From the NCBI GenBank assembly GCA_964016885.1, contig OZ024744.1, positions 117,490,001 through 117,554,000 of the forward strand: a stretch of 64,000 nt of DNA. Reading direction: 5' to 3'. The notes beneath the pieces were generated by a model, which did no database searches, was not told the origin of the DNA, and saw nothing but the letters and a program-made list of their open reading frames with translations. Source of the stretch: Eledone cirrhosa (Eukaryota). Shown in pieces: positions 37,388-51,177 of the stretch; the stretch's first letter is position 1, and each line of letters begins with the position of its first letter. A program made the position numbers and the translations under genes.

Positions 37388-37415
37388 TTTTAATGTTATT
37401 TCTGTTTGTGAACAG

Positions 37416-37538
37416 CTGATACTATGGGGTCGTCATCTTCAGTCACTGTCCCAGACCTGTACAGAGGTGTGTGCCCTGGGAGTATCATGTGTTTACATGC
37501 AGTGTGATGTTAGCAACAAAGATGATATCGACAAACAG
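37416..37538 (+). CDS. DHRS3: DHRS3-like SDR, coding exon 2
   Basis: Acceptor tttctgtttgtgaacAG, then an in-frame LILWGRHLQSLSQTCTEVCALGVSCVYMQCDVSNKDDIDKQ, then donor CAG|GTAGTG. LWGR and CDV match the DHRS3 branch of SDR16C. No later exon (NNAG, YxxxK) was found in the window. Confidence 0.85.
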
Positions 37539-37729
37539 GTAGTGTTTTACACTTTTATTCTTAGATTTTCTTGTTTTCAAGAATTCAACTTCTACTACAA
37601 AGGATTTTAATAGATTAAATCAAACCCATTGCTCTTTTAGGTACTTACATCATGAAACTCATAAGGGAAGAGAGATTACTCAAAGATAGTGTAAAGGAGC
37701 TAAATACTGCAAGGTATTGTTCAACTCAT

Positions 37730-38590
37730 TCACCTTTGACAAGAAACTGTTGTATGCTGATGATTTAGCTCAGACTTTGGAGGAGTTACAGAAAACATTT
37801 TAGATGTAACAAAACTTAGAATCAGAACTTGTAGCTTCTATTACCTGTAGTTGATAGCCCTTATTGTCTATAGTTGATAGTTCCTATTACCTGAAGATAG
37901 CTCCTATTCCTTGGTTTTCCTCTACTGCAGCTTCCTTCCACAAGAAAACCCAGCAGAAGGTAACTATGGTAGAGGAAGTCCAAGGAAGACCTGGGTAGAG
38001 AGAGAAGACTGCACTGGTATAGACATGTGATGTGTATGGATGGTGATTGTTGGGTAAACAAGTGTCAGTAGTTCCCAGTGGAAGGTAGCTACAGTAGAGG
38101 AAGACCTGGGTAGAGAGAGAAGACTGCACTGGTATAGACATGTGGTATGTATAGATGGTGATTGTTGGGTAAACAAGTGTCAGTAGTTCCCAGTGGAAGG
38201 TAGCTACAGTAGAGGAAGACCTGGGTAGAGAGAGAAGACTGCACTGGTATAGACATGTGATGTGTATAGATAATGATTGTTGGGTGAAGAAATAATACAG
38301 AAGACCCGACTTCCCACGGGTACAAGCCAAAGCTGAAGCATATAGATAGTATGTACCACCCCCTCCTACTTCAAAATGGTCGTGGAGGTGCCACGGAAAA
38401 AAAGCACCCAGTACTCACTGTAAATGAGGTTTGTGTTGTGAAAGGCATCCACTTGTAGAAATCAAGCCAAAATCAGTTCCTGTATGAGCAAGACAAGGTC
38501 AGCCGATTGGGCACTGCCCACAACAGGACAACCCGTCTAACCCTTACTAATGTGGAAGAACGGATTTAAAACAGTGATGATGATGATGGG
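37730..38590 (+). mobile_element. old RTE remnants with a ~115-bp segment triplicated (37985-38290) and a LINE-tailed SINE-like piece
   Basis: ELLYADDL-coding DNA at 37742, three copies of an ERRLHWYRHV-coding segment, and a (GAT)n tail at 38576-38588. Confidence 0.6.
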
Positions 38591-38599
38591 AAAGGAGAC

Positions 38600-39760
38600 T
38601 CAGAGAACTCCATAGCCCTCGTCATGTACTCTCGTTACGTAGACGATAGTAATAAGAACACCCCCACAAGAGAGTACTAATAAACATGATTTAGAATATA
38701 GCACAATGGAAATCATCCAGCAGATAGCTAACTCCATACACCAGAGTATAACAGTAACTATCAACTACCCTTCCAAATACCCTAACAATAGACTACCAGT
38801 ATTAGACACGGAACTCTGGATTAACACTATAGATGAGAGGGCCCAAATTCTTCACTCACACTATGCTAAACCCATGGCCTCCAAATACCTTATACTCAAA
38901 AACTCAGCAAGTTTAATATTCTCATCGCAGACTTGGTAAGAGTGATGAAGAACGTGTCCCACATGTGTGACCCAACTGAAATGGAAAGACATATCCAACA
39001 CTTCATCAATTGCATGCAGTTCTCTCGCTACAACCAAAGAGATAGAATAAGAGTATACAAAGGAGTCACGGAGAAGTATAAGACCCTCATAGAAATGGAC
39101 ATGAAAGGAATTTTCCCATTATACAGGAACAAATCATGGAATAGCTTAGATAGGACTAAACATAAGATAGGGAAAGGCACTTCATGGTACGACAACCAGA
39201 GATACCAGAGTGTCATGTTCGTGGATACTACCCTAGGGGTGAAATTAGCTAACCAATTAGGAAGGCTCTAAAAAAAGACGGATCTAAAGATTAAAGTGGT
39301 AGAAAAGCCAGGAACTACCATAAAATCTCTGATCAGAAAACATACCCCTTTAAGAAAACCCACTGTACTAATAAGAAATGTGTTATATGTAAAATGTAGC
39401 CCCAGATAAACTGTAAAACTAGAAATGTAGTCTATAGCAAAAGATGTACAGAGGGTACTTGCAGAAACATGACAACAATATACATAGGGGAGACAGGTCG
39501 TAGCATAGGAGAAAGAATAGACCAACCCTGGGAGGAACTAAAAGGATTTAAAAAAACGGTTCAGTACTATATGAACACGCCAGACAAAGACATGGCTGTA
39601 ATATAGACAACATAGAAATTAAAATAATATCTAAACATAGAAATGACTCAACAGGTAGGCAAATCAGAGAAGCAACTGAGATAGAACTAAGAAGACCAAA
39701 GATGAACAGAAAAAATGAATGGAATAACAACAACCATACCCAAACACACAATAGTGACCT
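38600..39760 (+). mobile_element. Penelope-like element remnant (RT C-terminus + GIY-YIG)
   Basis: YSRYVDD, LPVLDTEL, HYAKP and YIGETGRS fragments, homologous to 52660-53800. Confidence 0.85.
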
Positions 39761-39764
<4 letters not shown>

Positions 39765-39795
<31 letters not shown>

Positions 39796-41080
39796 TTTAC
39801 GTCCACTTTTCCCTGTTTGCAAGGGTGGGACAGGTCCTATTCAGCACAGTATCTCCATTCACCACAATCCTTTGTCATCTCCTCCGTGAGCTTCAGCGAT
39901 CTGAGATCAGCTCTCACCACCTCCGCCCATGTTTTTTGTGGTCTTCTTCTATTGCGTCTTCCTTCTCCTGGGATTTCTTGGCACCTCTTTACCCAGTGGT
40001 CATCCTCCATGCTCATCACATGTCCATACCAATGCAGTCTTCTCTCCCACACACTTATTCTAGATACTATGGCCTCGAAACACCCTCCCCCCTTGCTAAT
40101 CTGATCACCTAGGTATCTATGTGTCTATCACTGCAACTTCTACTGTCAAATTTCCCTGAACATCTACTACATATGTAGTTTTCCCTACCTGTTAGTTTGC
40201 CTGTTATCCCACTGCATCTCTTGTGTACCCAAGATCTGCATTGCGTACATTCTATAGAATTTATACCAACTCCTTTTCTACATATCGAACATGGCCATTT
40301 CTCTGATGGAATCAGAGTATTGTCCTCTTTTCTATTTATCAACACTTTTGTCTTAGCTAGATTCACTCTCAGTCCTCTTGCTTCCAACTGCTGTTTCCAT
40401 AGCCAGAATTTATTCTCTAGCTCCTCTACTGATTCTGCTATAAGAACCAGATCGTCAACATAGAGAAGTTCCAATGGGCAGCCAGTCTTAAACTCCTCTG
40501 TTATGGCTTGGAGGACTATAATGAACAAGAGTTGGCTGAGGACCAAACCCTGATGTACTCCTACTTGCATCAGGAATTCCTCACTAAACTCCATTCCTAC
40601 CCTGACTTTACTGAGGGTACCTCTGTACAAAGCTTGCACTGTCCTCACAAGCCATTCCTCAACACCTAGTTTCCTTAGGGATCACCAGATGACAGATTGA
40701 GGTACTCTATCTAGGTTAACAAAGGTTAAGTATAGTGGCTTATTTTTCTCTAACAACCTCTCTTGCAGTTGCCTCACCAAGAAGAGGGCATCTGTTGTAC
40801 TCTTGCCAGACACAAAACCAAACTGCATCTCATCTAATTTCTTTCTCTAATTAGTTGCACTAATATCCTTTCTGCCACTTTCATAACCTGATCCATCAGT
40901 TTTATACCCCTATAATTGCTCCTCTCCAGAGCATCCCCTTTACCTTTGTAGCAATTTATGAGAATATTGCTGCACCAGTCTTTGCGTATATAGCTTGATT
41001 GGCGTCAACCAGTTTAGAGCCTCCTTCTCCTGCGGCCTTCAACATCTCAACAACTATCCTGTCAAGCATAGTTGCTTTAT
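39765..41080 (-). mobile_element. RTE-clade LINE fragment (RT + PHD-like finger + 3' end)
   Basis: GVHQGLVLS, LLYVDDL and CSIC..CTQC..HKRC..CSRC. The (CAT)n at 39766-39795 is the minus-strand tail. Confidence 0.88.
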
Positions 41081-41082
41081 TC

Positions 41083-43100
41083 CATTAGTGATTCCAAGAT
41101 TATCATTATGAGTTAACTCTCTTTGATTAGTTCTGAGATTTCTATTGTTAATTTTAACTATATTTTGGGCAATATTTTTAGTAGTCGAGTAGGAAAGTTT
41201 AATTGTGTGTCAGTTAACCCTTTAGCAATTAAACCGGCCATATCCGGCCAGAGTTCTCTCACCTCTTTCTGTTCAAACTGGCTGTATCTGGCTGCTCATA
41301 CTGATTTTAAGGTATTGTACTCAAAATAAATAACACCAAAATCTCAGATTCGATATTATAAGAGATAAGTATGTAAGGTAAAGCTTTTACCGTGAAAATA
41401 TAATAGTAAATATAGAGTAATGTAAATGCTAAAGCGTTAAAGATTCTACTGTATTTATGTGTTTTTGGAAATCATTTATCAAGAGCTTTAAAGAAAAGAT
41501 AAGCTAAGTTCTTCTTGATTCCTAATGATAATGGTGGACTATACCACAAAACAGAACGGGATCAAACTCTTTTACAAGGCCTATTGGTTTTATAGGAGTT
41601 AACTCATAATGGTAATCTTGGAATCACTAATGTTATTAACGACATCTCAATTAGCAACAATTACACCAGCAACATAGACGATGAAAACCTAACAACTTAT
41701 AGACACAAAGTAGCATCATTGAATAGTAATGTAAGTAATTGTAATTGTAAAGAAAGTAATTTTTGCCTGTTAAATAATAACTGTCTTGATCGTAATTTAG
41801 TTTATAAATGCATTGTTAAAACTAAAGATAAGTCCTATAACTATATTGGTGCCTCCTCTTCAAAATTTAAAGAAAGATGGCACAACCATTTCAACTCATT
41901 TAAAAGAGAAGATAAAAGATTTAGTATGGCCCTCTCTGAATTGATTTGGTCATTTACAAATAATAATATCGAATATTCCCTTTCTTGGTAGAAACTTTCT
42001 AATGCTTTGCTTTATAAAAATGCTTCCATATCTAAAGGGTGTGACCTATCTACCACAGAAATTATACATATCATTTATAATAGGCAATTAATTATTAATA
42101 AGCAATCAGAAACCTTTAGCTCTTGTCTTCACAGGTTTTCAAACACATTTCATAGAGTTTTTAGTTAAACTTGATAAAAAAAAAAAATTAAATAATTAAT
42201 ATTTCTTTATATATAATTTTTAAGCGATTCTATTATGTTTAGATAAAAAATAAAGACGAAATAGACAAAATAAGTAAACTAATATTTTTGTCATTGTAAC
42301 TTTTACATCTACTTTATCTTTAGTTAGTATATAAGTAAATTAAATTTAATATATATTGATAAACTAGGCTTTAATACATGCATCTTTTCTTATAATAATA
42401 GTTACACAATTAGTTAATATTTTCCTCTATTCGTATAATACTTACTTAAATATAATTGTTGAAAGGAAAAATTAGGCCACGGTAATAGCATCTCTTCTTT
42501 TGAACTAAATAATTTATCTCATAACATTATAACCATATCAGTTATATAACGAAAGCCAAATCAATTGATAAATATCTTTCCACTCATATACTACAAAGTT
42601 AACCTTGGCAGGATTTGAACTCAGACCATAATGGGACGTAACTATTTCCAGTCATATAATACCAATTATACATTTTTCTTCTTTATTATTTAGTTTCAAT
42701 ATGATATTGCATCCTAGAATATTTTTTCTTTGGTATAATATATATATATATTATTTAGTATGACATCTATTTGAAGCTAATATAAGTAACATATAAACTG
42801 ACTAATGCTCAATATTTATTTATTTTTTTGACAATTTAATTACGTCATGTTTTAAATTTCAAAAACATTAAGTCCAACTGTATTTTTCTCCCACTTACGT
42901 AACATCTCCTGTGTAGGGGTTTATTTTCTAATCATCTGCTTGGTTGTCACCGATCTGTCCAGCCCATTTGACCGCCAGTATATCAAAAGAATCCTCCATC
43001 TCCTATGCATTTTGTCTGACAAGAACATGTTTTGGATTATGTTATACATAAGCCTTGCATCTTCGAAACATATATAATAAAATAAATAGAGATGATCTAA
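41083..43100 (+). mobile_element. Penelope-like GIY-YIG 3' remnant with inverted 5' segment
   Basis: CNC...C.L...CL..NLVYKC...NYIGASSSKFKERWHNH (41719-41991). 41083-41119 is the reverse complement of 41596-41632. Boundaries are approximate. Confidence 0.7.
41218..41436. mobile_element. piggyBac-type MITE
   Basis: TTAA|CCCTTTAGCA...TGCTAAAGCG|TTAA, with the same termini as 56983-58231. Confidence 0.8.
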
Positions 43101-43289
43101 TGTAACTATATTTTGTTTATTATATATATATATATATTAGGTATTAATTTAACAATGAAAATAATAACAACAAAGTCGTTATTTTACCTATTCATATCAT
43201 TGTTTTACGATCGTTTCGGAGGGTTGATCATATTGATATATTGTCTGATCTATAGCAGTTATATAACTGTATACTACCAGACTTCATAT

Positions 43290-44270
43290 ATAGGTCCAAT
43301 CAGACCAAGGGACAAATACCTAGAAAATATTTTGCAATCCTAGAAAAACCCTTCCCACTTGACCATAAATATCACTAAATCCTTAACTGCTTTACTGTTA
43401 AACTTTCCTATTCTACCTCTACTAATCTACAGCAGAAAATAGGTGCTATGAATCTATATAAATGCAGGTTAACAGTCTATATAAATGCAGGTTAGCAGAA
43501 CTAGTCTCACACCTAATATTACTCACAATGTAAACCAAACTACATCCAATAATACTAACTACACACCAACAACCTGCATATAGTACCCACTACCCTTGGT
43601 CAACTAAATGATTTATCCAGCAATCATCAAGATCTAGTATTCTCCCCCAATTGGTCACATCTTAGAAAATACACCTGCAACCAGCTCAGCACCTACAAAT
43701 CTAACACAAACAAACCTAATGTCTAACAATTCTATACCCACATTACCATCCTCAGGTAGTCCCAATATCAACGAAGTAGACACCACTACAACTGGTGATC
43801 ACATATAATAGTAATAACATAAACAGTAATAGTAAATTACTCAACAAATCCCAAACAAATAGATGCAACTGTAGGATTAAAACCAACTGCCCCCTTAATG
43901 ACAATTGCTTGATTAGCAGTATAGTGTATAAATGTAAGGTAATTACTAAGGACTCTATGCAATCATGCGTAGGAGCTACCTCTAGCTCATTCAAGACAAG
44001 GTTCTATTCCCATATACATTCTTTTAAAAATACTAAATTAGCTAACCCACCTCTTTAGTGGAAACTATTAGCAATTTTAAAAGGAAAAATATACCATACA
44101 AACTAGATTGGAATGTCCCAAAGAACTCGTCCCAAGGCGAAGGGAGTACCAATTATGTTCTCAAGAACTGGTCCAAATAATGAATATGTTACTAAATAAA
44201 AAGCAGGAATTAATTATATCATGTAATCATAAAATCCTGAAAACTTTTAAATACTATAAACCCACATAAT
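43290..44270 (+). mobile_element. Penelope-like GIY-YIG remnant
   Basis: CNCRIKTNCPLNDNCLISSIVYKC...VGATSSSFKTRFYSH. Confidence 0.7.
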
Positions 44271-44769
44271 ATGTGAAATCAATTTAGTCACAACTAGTTT
44301 CTTCAAGAAAGTAAAACATAACTAGAAATAATTTATTCTTTACAGGGTAGTTTACATATAGAATAAACGATGGTCGAAAATTAACTTGTATCTGAAATAA
44401 TTTGTTCCTTATAAAGCTGATATCATAGTTCTTCATTTCAATAACAATATGGACTCCCAAAACTAATCGAATTAAGTTACATTCTACCTAACCAAATTGA
44501 CTTAATGGGGGTCATATCCTTCTATCTAAACCCTTGTAAATAATTAAAAGCAATATCCAAATTAGAAATTTTAATCCGACTTTAATTACCATACATTAAT
44601 ATCTCCTAACCTGGGATAAATTTTTAGCCTTAAAATTTTCTTTATATTACTCAATATTTTTCCAAAGTTTGAGTTACAATTCACCTATAATATGTCTTAA
44701 GAATTAACCCAAACAACCTATACATTTAGCACAAAATTCTTCCTATATCCGAGCTTCATTACCAATCCT

Positions 44770-45403
44770 AGATGGGTTCTATAGAAGTTGTTGATAGCTT
44801 CCCGTACCTAGGGGATCAGATTAGCATGGGAGAAGGTGTTCCGCGGTCATAGTATCTAGAATAAGGATGGGTTGGAAGAAGTTTAGGGAGCTGCTTCCTC
44901 TGTTGACAAAGAAGGGTTTCTTCCTGCATGCAAAAGGCCAGTTATAAGAGGCCTGTGTGAAATGTGCGATGCTGCATGGTAGAGAAATGGGTAGCAACTG
45001 CAGAGGATATGAAATGGCTGGAGAGAAATGAAGCAAGTATGCTACGTTGGATGTGCAATGCCAATGTGCGTGAACAACCAAGCATAGATGAGTTGAGAGA
45101 GAAACTGGGTATAAGAGTGATAAGCTGTAGTGCGTGGGAGAGAAGACTGCAATGGTATGGACATGTTATGTGCATAGAGGATGACCACTGGGTAAAGAAG
45201 TGCCAAGAAATCCCAGTAGAAGGAAGACGCAGTAGAGGAAGACCATGAAAAACATGGACGGAGGTGGTGAGAGCAGACCTCAGATCGCTGAAGTTCATGG
45301 AGGAGATGATGAAGGACCATGACAAGTGGAGAGATGCTGTGTTGAATAAGACCCGTCCCACCCTTGCAAGCAGGGAAAGTCGGACGTAAAATGATGATGC
45401 TGA
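44770..45403 (+). mobile_element. RTE LINE 3' fragment
   Basis: Homologous to 34898-35469 with a (GAT)n tail. Confidence 0.88.
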
Positions 45404-45414
45404 TATATACAGAT

Positions 45415-45923
45415 ATAAAGTGTTAAAATAATCAAATCTTAGTTTAATACATTTATTTGCTGACAATTGTTCCTTCCAGAGGGATGCCTGGAATCACCGG
45501 ATCATAGAGAATGTCTAAACAGGTGATTAAAATCCTAGTCTTCAGAACATTTAGGTAGATACATAATTGTTGTTAGTGTCATAGACATCATTTAGAGAAT
45601 CAGGAGTTAAAAAGATGTTATGCTTGAGAGAACACAATTACAAGAAGCACTGGCTGAAAGTGTAAGAGGTACAAGCTAAAAGTACAGACAAAAAAAAGTT
45701 ACAAGCAAGGAAAAATGTAAGATAGGATAGATATAAGACATAAGATATAGCATTGGAGATCAGGTAATGTTAAGGGTATATAATGCAGGAGTCAATACAA
45801 TTAATAAGGCATGTCTGAGGAAAGAGTTATATTACAGCTGAAATAAGCATATTTCGTGTAGAATGTTAAAATTTGCTATAAGTGTTAGAAATGTTTAAAA
45901 TGGCATGTTGTATGGTAAGGAGA

Positions 45924-45959
<36 letters not shown>

Positions 45960-46990
45960 TTTACGTCCGCTTTTCCCTGCTTGCAGGGGTGGGATGGGAA
46001 CTGATTCTGGCTTGATTTCTACAGCTGGATGCCCTTCCTAATACCAACCTCATTTACAGTGAGTGCTGGGTGCTTTTTTGCAGTGGCACCTACACGACCA
46101 CTTTGCAGTGGAATGATAGGGACTGGGATCCCTATCATCTCATTTCTACAGCTGAGTAAACTGGAGCAATGTGAAATAAAGTGTCTTGCTCAAGGAAACA
46201 ACACATCACCCAGTCTGAGAATTGAACTCACAACCTTTCGATTGCAAGGCCAATGCTCTAACCACTAAGCCATATGCCTCCACATGTGGTGATAAAATAG
46301 GTATATGTTATGTGAGGTGTAATGCAAAGCACTACACCTCAAATTAGATAGGTAATTTTCACTCAAGTGTTTTTATATTGTAGTTCGTATATAGATGTAT
46401 ATGTTGGTTGTAACTCACATGTATTAACCATAGAATTCTCTTAGTTTGAGATGTAATTTTTTTGAGTTAAGAGAATTCCATATAAGTCTTTCCTCATACA
46501 TGCCTTATTGATTGTATTGACTCCTGCATTATATACCCTTAACATTACCTGATCTCCAATGCTATGATATCTTATGTCTATCCTATCTTACATTTTTCCT
46601 TGCTTGTAACTTTTTTTTGCCTGTACTTTTTGCTTGTACCTCTGGCACTTTTCAACATTGCTCCTTGTAAATTGGGTTCTCTGAAGCATAACATTCTTTT
46701 AACTCCTGATTCTCTACATGATGTCTAAGACACTAATAACCTGAATGTTCTGAAGACTAGGATTTTAATCACCTGTTTAGACATTCCCTATGCTCTGATT
46801 CCAGACATCCCTATGGAAGAAACAATTGTCAGCAAATAAATGTATTAAACTAAGATTTGATTGTTTTAACACTTTGAATCTCGGCTCTGTAAAACACTTG
46901 AAAATTTGCATTGAGCCTTTTGTCATACCGGTAACCGGCTAGTACCTAGTAGTACCCTACATATTTATAGTTGTATATTAAACATATATA
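45415..46990. repeat. dispersed repeat with long inverted arms (~45415-45830 and ~46485-46875), related direct copy at ~50408-51165
   Basis: The arms are reverse complements over about 400 bp. SINE/LINE pieces are inserted at 45925-46281. Confidence 0.75.
46135..46281 (-). mobile_element. tRNA-derived CORE-like SINE
   Basis: Minus strand reads TGGCTTAGTGG (box A), GAGTTCAATTCTC (box B) and CCTTGAGCAAGACACTT. Confidence 0.8.
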
Positions 46991-47006
46991 AGTATAAATA
47001 TTGTTA

Positions 47007-47599
47007 TCTATGTATCTAAAACAGAGAATGTTTGTCTGTCTGTCCGATCACTAAAACTCGAGAACCACCCAACTGATTGTTTTCAAACTTTACACATGTA
47101 ATACTTATGGTCCTGTGAGTGTTTTGACAAAAAAATATTTCAAATTTTCAATGCCCTGGGGTCTGCATTAGGCGATTTAGCGATCTCTCTCTATAATTCT
47201 TAGTCTTTCTCTTTTTAGATAGATACATAGATATAACGTTGCGCCCTCATAATATCTGTCTGTATGCCTGACTGTCTGCATTACGTCATTATGATGCGGT
47301 GTGTGTGTGTATATATGTATATATAGAGTGTGTATATATATATAGTGTGTAACGTTTTTCGAAATGTTTACTTCTGCGTTCACAGATTGATTTTTTTTAG
47401 TTTCAGAAGATCCCGTTAAGGGTAAAAGCAGCGATTCTTTGCTTAAACTTTAATCTGTTATTTTAATATATATATAAATATATATATATAATTATATATT
47501 CGTGTACAGATATTTTTGCATACACAATAACAAAATATAAACAAAAGTATTTATTTCACGATAAAGTACTAATTTTCTTCGCACGGGAAAAAACCCTAG
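47007..47599 (+). mobile_element. non-autonomous Helitron
   Basis: A|TC start and CTAG|T end with a subterminal hairpin. The body is homologous to 55970-56265 (minus). Confidence 0.7.
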
Positions 47600-47786
47600 T
47601 AATCTATGACAAATTTTTTTTATAAGCACATAATGTAGACACCATCCCAAGGCCGAAGATAAATATATATATTACTAATATATATATATATATTTGTATA
47701 TACAAATATAACCTCGATTAGGACACATGATACACCTTCAACATTGGGTTTTATTAGATATTATTAATTTATCTAATTATCTAAAT

Positions 47787-47965
47787 GGCGGTGAATTCGC
47801 AGTATCGGTAGAGGGTCAGACGCCATGCTTTCCAGCATCCCTTTATGGTCTGAGTTCAAATCCCGTCGAGGTTAACTTTGCCTTTCATCCTTACAGGGTC
47901 GATAAAATAAAGTACCAGTAATGTACTGGGTAATTGCTGGCCTTGTGCCAAAAGTAGAAACAATT
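47787..47965 (+). mobile_element. tRNA-derived SINE
   Basis: Same family as 15253-15451. Confidence 0.88.
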
Positions 47966-48084
47966 TATAAGTTGGTCCAATAACACAGTGTTTTCACTAT
48001 ATCTGATTTAGAACACCCTGGTACTTAGCATCCATCTATTAAGACATCTTCTCATTGAAGATTACACCCAGGACACTCACCACC

Positions 48085-48115
<31 letters not shown>

Positions 48116-48229
48116 CTTCTTCTTCTTCTTCTTCTAAAGAGGCAATCTGGAATATATATTTATATTGTATGTATATTCTTGTATCTACCCTGTTTATATA
48201 CTAACAATAAAGATTCTAACTTCCTTGTT

Positions 48230-48910
48230 TCCGAAGAACATAACGTGGTTCAACCCTCCCCCCACAATGCCAAGGTTGCAACACCAATTAGGAAAACCTT
48301 CTTCAGACTTCTCGATAAACACTTTCCATTCCAACACCGCTACCACAATATCATCAACAGAAACACTGTTAAACTTTCCTACAGCACTAGATCCAACTTT
48401 GCACAAAACATTGCTTCATCTAACAATAAAAAAACTCCTCTCTAACAGCAACAACAACGATATTAGCGGTGAGCAAATTAAGAGTTGCAATTGTCTGGAT
48501 AGATCATCGTGCCCCCTCAACAATAGATGCCGAGAACGTAACGTGGTCTACTAGTGCAATGTGAGGATGGAACATTCCAACAAGGCCTACATCGGATTAA
48601 CCACCTGCGAGTGTAAGACCCGATACTGCAAACGCCAACATTCATTTAGAAACCTGGTCCGGCAACACATGACAGCACTTTCTGGTGATATTTGGGACCT
48701 CCAAGACAACAATATTACCTACAACTAAGTTGGAGTATACTTACTCAGGAGGATGCCATCCGTGCAATTTATGATCAGAGGAAACGATCCAAATGCTGTT
48801 TGTAAAGGATCAACTCTTAAACAAAAAGGATGAACTTGTTACCTAGTGTAAACACAGAATACATAGGACATATCTTACCTTCAGACCCCCTCACGACCCA
48901 GGTGGGTAGA
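48230..48910 (+). mobile_element. Penelope-like GIY-YIG remnant
   Basis: NITWFNPP, INRNTVKLSYS, CNCLDRSSCPLNNRC..NVVY and AYIGLT. Confidence 0.8.
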
Positions 48911-49300
48911 CCTCGGCTGTATCTCTTTCCAAACTAAGATAGAGGAAACCCCAAGCATACTTAGGTAGAAGTAGAGATTTTTTCTTTCTTTTTCCTTCAT
49001 TAGTTACACACTCTAATTACACTTAGGCGGATCTTTGCATATCTACATTATTATATTGTTTCTATTCTTCCTTAGATTAACCCAAATATTTTCACTCCTG
49101 TTAAATGTTTTTCATGGTCTTCCTCTACTACGTCTTCCTTCTACTGGGATTTCTTGGCACTTCTTTACCCAGCGGTCATCCTCCATGCACATCACATAGC
49201 TATGGTTTTTTTCTTGGGTGTATCATTATAAAAGAAAATACTAGTAAAATTACTGTATTGAGGTACCGTTCCTGTGCATTAGGGTAACTGATAACTAAAG

Positions 49301-49490
49301 GGTGGTGGATTGGGAGTATCAGTAGAAGGTCGGACGCCATGCTTTCCAGCATAGTTACGTCCCTTTACGGTCTGAGTTCAAATCCCGCCACGGTTAACTT
49401 TGCCTTTCATCCTTACGGGGTAGATAAAATAAAGTACCAGTAATGCACTGGGTATTTGCTGGCCTTGTGCCTAAAGTAGAAACAATTATT
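49301..49490 (+). mobile_element. tRNA-derived SINE
   Basis: Same family as 15253-15451. Confidence 0.88.
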
Positions 49491-49902
49491 TCTTTAAAAA
49501 AAAAAATAAAAAAGTAGAAACAATTATTTCTTAGGAATTTAATTAGCATTAATATCTATATTATCTACGCTTTGCTCCTTAACTAACTGTTAAACCTGGC
49601 ATACTTACTTTCACTCTAACAACCCCCCTTAATTCTCAAATGCTGAATTTACTTTCTTACCCCTATTAGAGATAGTTGTAAAGATACCCTTAATGACTGA
49701 CTGGCCTGGTACCCACAGGTCAGAATGTTATCTTACTCCCTCCACTTTCTTCTACTGGCCAGTACATAACATAATATATATATATGTATACATGTGTGTA
49801 TATATGTGTATATATAAATATATATATCATCATCATCATTTTATGTACACATATATATATACACACACACACATATATATATATACATATACACATATGT
49901 AT

Positions 49903-50280
49903 ATCATCATCATCATTTTACATTCGCTTTTCCCTGCTGACAAGGGTAGGAAGGGTCCTATTCAACACAGCATCTCTCCACTTGTCATGGTCCTTCGTCA
50001 TCTCCTCTGTGAGTTTCAGCGATCTGAGGTCTGCTCTCACCACCTCCGCCCATGTTTTTCATGGTCTTCCTCTACTACGTCTTCCTTCTACTGGGATTTC
50101 TTGGCACTTCTTTACCCAGCGGTCATCCTCCATGCACATCACATGTCCATACCATCTCAGTCTTCTCTCCTGCACACCACAACTTATCTCTCTTATACCC
50201 AGTTTCTCTCTCAACACATCCATGCTTTGTCGTTCACGCACATTGACAGTGCATACCCAACAGCATGCTTGCTTCATTTC
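49903..50280 (-). mobile_element. RTE LINE 3' fragment
   Basis: ERRLRWYGHVMCMEDDRWVKKC and a (CAT)n tail. Confidence 0.87.
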
Positions 50281-50361
50281 TTATATACATGTGTATATAT
50301 GTGTGTGTATATATGTACACATGCAGATACATGTGTATGTACATATGTGTGTGTATATGTA

Positions 50362-50407
<46 letters not shown>

Positions 50408-51177
50408 CAAAGTGTTAAACAATCAAATTTTAGTTTAGAACATTTATTAGCTGACAATTGTTTCTTCCAGGGGGAAGTCTGGAATCATCGGAGCATAAGG
50501 AATGTCGAAAACGTGTAACTAGAATCCTAATCATTTAGAACATTTAGGGTACATAGTTGTTATTAGTGTCAAAGGCATCATGTGGAAAGTCAGGAGTTAA
50601 AAAGATGTTCCGCTTGAAATAACACAATTACAGGCAGCACAGGTTGGAAGTGTAATAGGTATAAGTAAAAGTAAAAAGCACAAGCAAAAAAAAAGCACAA
50701 GCAAAGAAAAAAATCACAAGCAAAAAAACACAGGGAAAGAAGTTATAAGCAAGGACAATTGGTGTACAGTGCAGGAGTCAATAAGGCATGTATGAAAGAG
50801 TTATACTGCAGTTGAAATAAACATATTTTGTGTGGGGTGTTAACGCATGTTATATTTGTTATAAACATTTAAGGTAGTGTGCAATTTGTTAGAGAGGCAT
50901 GTGGTGATAATGTAGGTATTTGTTATGTAAAGCACGTGATAGAGTTTGTTATGTGATTTTCATTTAAGTGTTTTTGTGTTGTAGTTCGTATGTATGTGTA
51001 TGCGTTGTTTGTTACTCACAGCTATTAACCATGGGATTATTTTGAGTCGTTTATAGTCAATAGGTGTTTGTTTGTTAAATGTAAATTCTTCCGAATTACT
51101 GGCCATGTTGTTAGTACTACCCTACATATTTATAGTTATATCAAACATATATAAATATTACTATCTAGATATATATA

